NCBI GenBank assembly: GCA_019358915.1
Contig: JAHHIM010000011.1
Span: 1-64,000, forward strand
Reading direction: 5' to 3'
DNA length: 64,000 nt
From: Trichormus sp. ATA11-4-KO1
GTDB lineage: Bacteria; Cyanobacteriota; Cyanobacteriia; Cyanobacteriales; Nostocaceae
Position numbers and translations under genes: made by a program. The notes under the pieces were generated by a model, which was given only the letters and a program-made list of their open reading frames with translations, was not told the DNA's origin and ran no database searches. This document shows, piece after piece, positions 62,863-64,000 of the stretch. Numbering within the stretch: the first letter of the stretch is position 1; the number at the start of each line of letters is the position of its first letter.

Positions 62863-64000
62863 ATGGCTGTGAGCTATTCAGTAAAAATTTTATTAATTGA
62901 AGATAATTTGGCAGAAGCTAGGCTGTTGCAGGAATTTTTGCGGCAAGCCGACTCTCAAGAATTTAGTCTAGTTCATGTGAATCGGTTAGGGGAAGCACTC
63001 AACGAATTAAGTAGGAACAGCTACGATGTGATTTTATTGGATCTCACCTTACCTGATAGCCAAGGCTTGTCATCCCTACCTCCACTGATGAGTCATGCTC
63101 CTAGTATCCCGATTGTGGTACTCACAAATACCAACGATGAAAAATTAGCAATTGAGGCAGTGCGTCAAGGAGCGCAGGATTATTTAGTCAAGCGACAGGT
63201 AAATGTTGATGTGTTGGTTCGTTCTGTATGTTATGCGATCGAGCGTAAGCAGGTTTTGGAAACATTACGTACAGTGAATCAGACCTTACAAAGTCGAGTT
63301 GAAGAACGAACTGCGGAACTGGTGAAAGCCAATGAACTCAACCAGTTTAAATCCGAATTTGTCTCAATGCTTTCGCATGATATTCGTAATCCTCTAAATA
63401 CTATTCTCTTGGCGGCTGGATTACTGCAAAACCACGATGATAAATTGACTCAAGAAACAAAACATAATCATTTGCAGATGATTCGTTCAGCGATTAAAAA
63501 CATGGCGCATCTCTTGGATGAGGTTTCATTTATAGGTAAAGCCGATTCGGGAAAACTTCAATGTCAATTTATTTCTTTGGATTTAAAAGCATTCTGTCAG
63601 CAACTAATTGATGAAGCTCAATTGAGTACAAAAGAGAAACATTTAACTTTAGTCTTTACCAGTGTTGGGGAATTGGGTGAGGCTGTATGGGATGAAAGCT
63701 TGCTACGCCATATTTTAGGTAATTTGCTCGGTAATGCCATTAAGTATTCTCTACCAGGGGGCAAAATTCAGTTTGAACTAATTGCTCACGCACACGCAGT
63801 AACCTTCCACATTCAAGATTGGGGAATTGGCATTCCCCAGCAAGATTTACAACAACTGTTTCAGCCTTTCTATCGTGCAGAAAATGTTGGCACAATTCCT
63901 GGTACTGGCTTGGGATTGGCTATTGTGAAAAAGTGTGTTGAGGCTCATGGCGGTGAGATTAGAGTTAATAGTGAAGTTGGGGTTGGTACAAAGTTTACCG
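62863..64000 (+). CDS. Hybrid receiver-histidine kinase (truncated by window end)
   Basis: Read from sequence: ILLIEDN, LLDLTLPDS, LSHDIRNPL, NAIKYS, GTGLGLAIV. Confidence 0.88.
   Translation, partial: MAVSYSVKILLIEDNLAEARLLQEFLRQADSQEFSLVHVNRLGEALNELSRNSYDVILLDLTLPDSQGLSSLPPLMSHAPSIPIVVLTNTNDEKLAIEAVRQGAQDYLVKRQVNVDVLVRSVCYAIERKQVLETLRTVNQTLQSRVEERTAELVKANELNQFKSEFVSMLSHDIRNPLNTILLAAGLLQNHDDKLTQETKHNHLQMIRSAIKNMAHLLDEVSFIGKADSGKLQCQFISLDLKAFCQQLIDEAQLSTKEKHLTLVFTSVGELGEAVWDESLLRHILGNLLGNAIKYSLPGGKIQFELIAHAHAVTFHIQDWGIGIPQQDLQQLFQPFYRAENVGTIPGTGLGLAIVKKCVEAHGGEIRVNSEVGVGTKFT

Overview
Chromosomal window from a filamentous, probably Nostocales, cyanobacterium. The basis for this is dense HIP1 (GCGATCGC) sites, heptamer tandem repeats, small dispersed repeats, phytochrome/cyanobacteriochrome genes and isiA genes. 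In order, the window holds: a methyltransferase-like ORF and an AlkB-like gene; a DUF2157/GDYXXLXY pair; a coiled-coil/TPR membrane protein; an atypical LeuA paralog divergent from a GntR regulator; a complete pix-type (PatA-CheY-CheW-4xGAF MCP-CheA) photosensory cluster; potA/potD/potB split by a menE-like gene; a class B PBP; a double-glycine peptide export locus with a deletion-truncated HlyD; several decayed PIN toxin-antitoxin modules; an expanded iron-stress cluster (four IsiA-family genes including an IsiA-PsaL fusion, flavodoxin, isiC-like and two small genes) interrupted by TetR-MATE; an uncharacterised accessory gene pair; gap1-pyk-tal-ackA-ppsA; an ABC transporter; an Rpn-family nuclease with an internal Shine-Dalgarno/ATG; a protein O-mannosyltransferase; and a Cph1-type phytochrome operon running off the end. 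No rRNA, tRNA or CRISPR array was recognised. All family assignments are from motif recognition by eye, without database searches.
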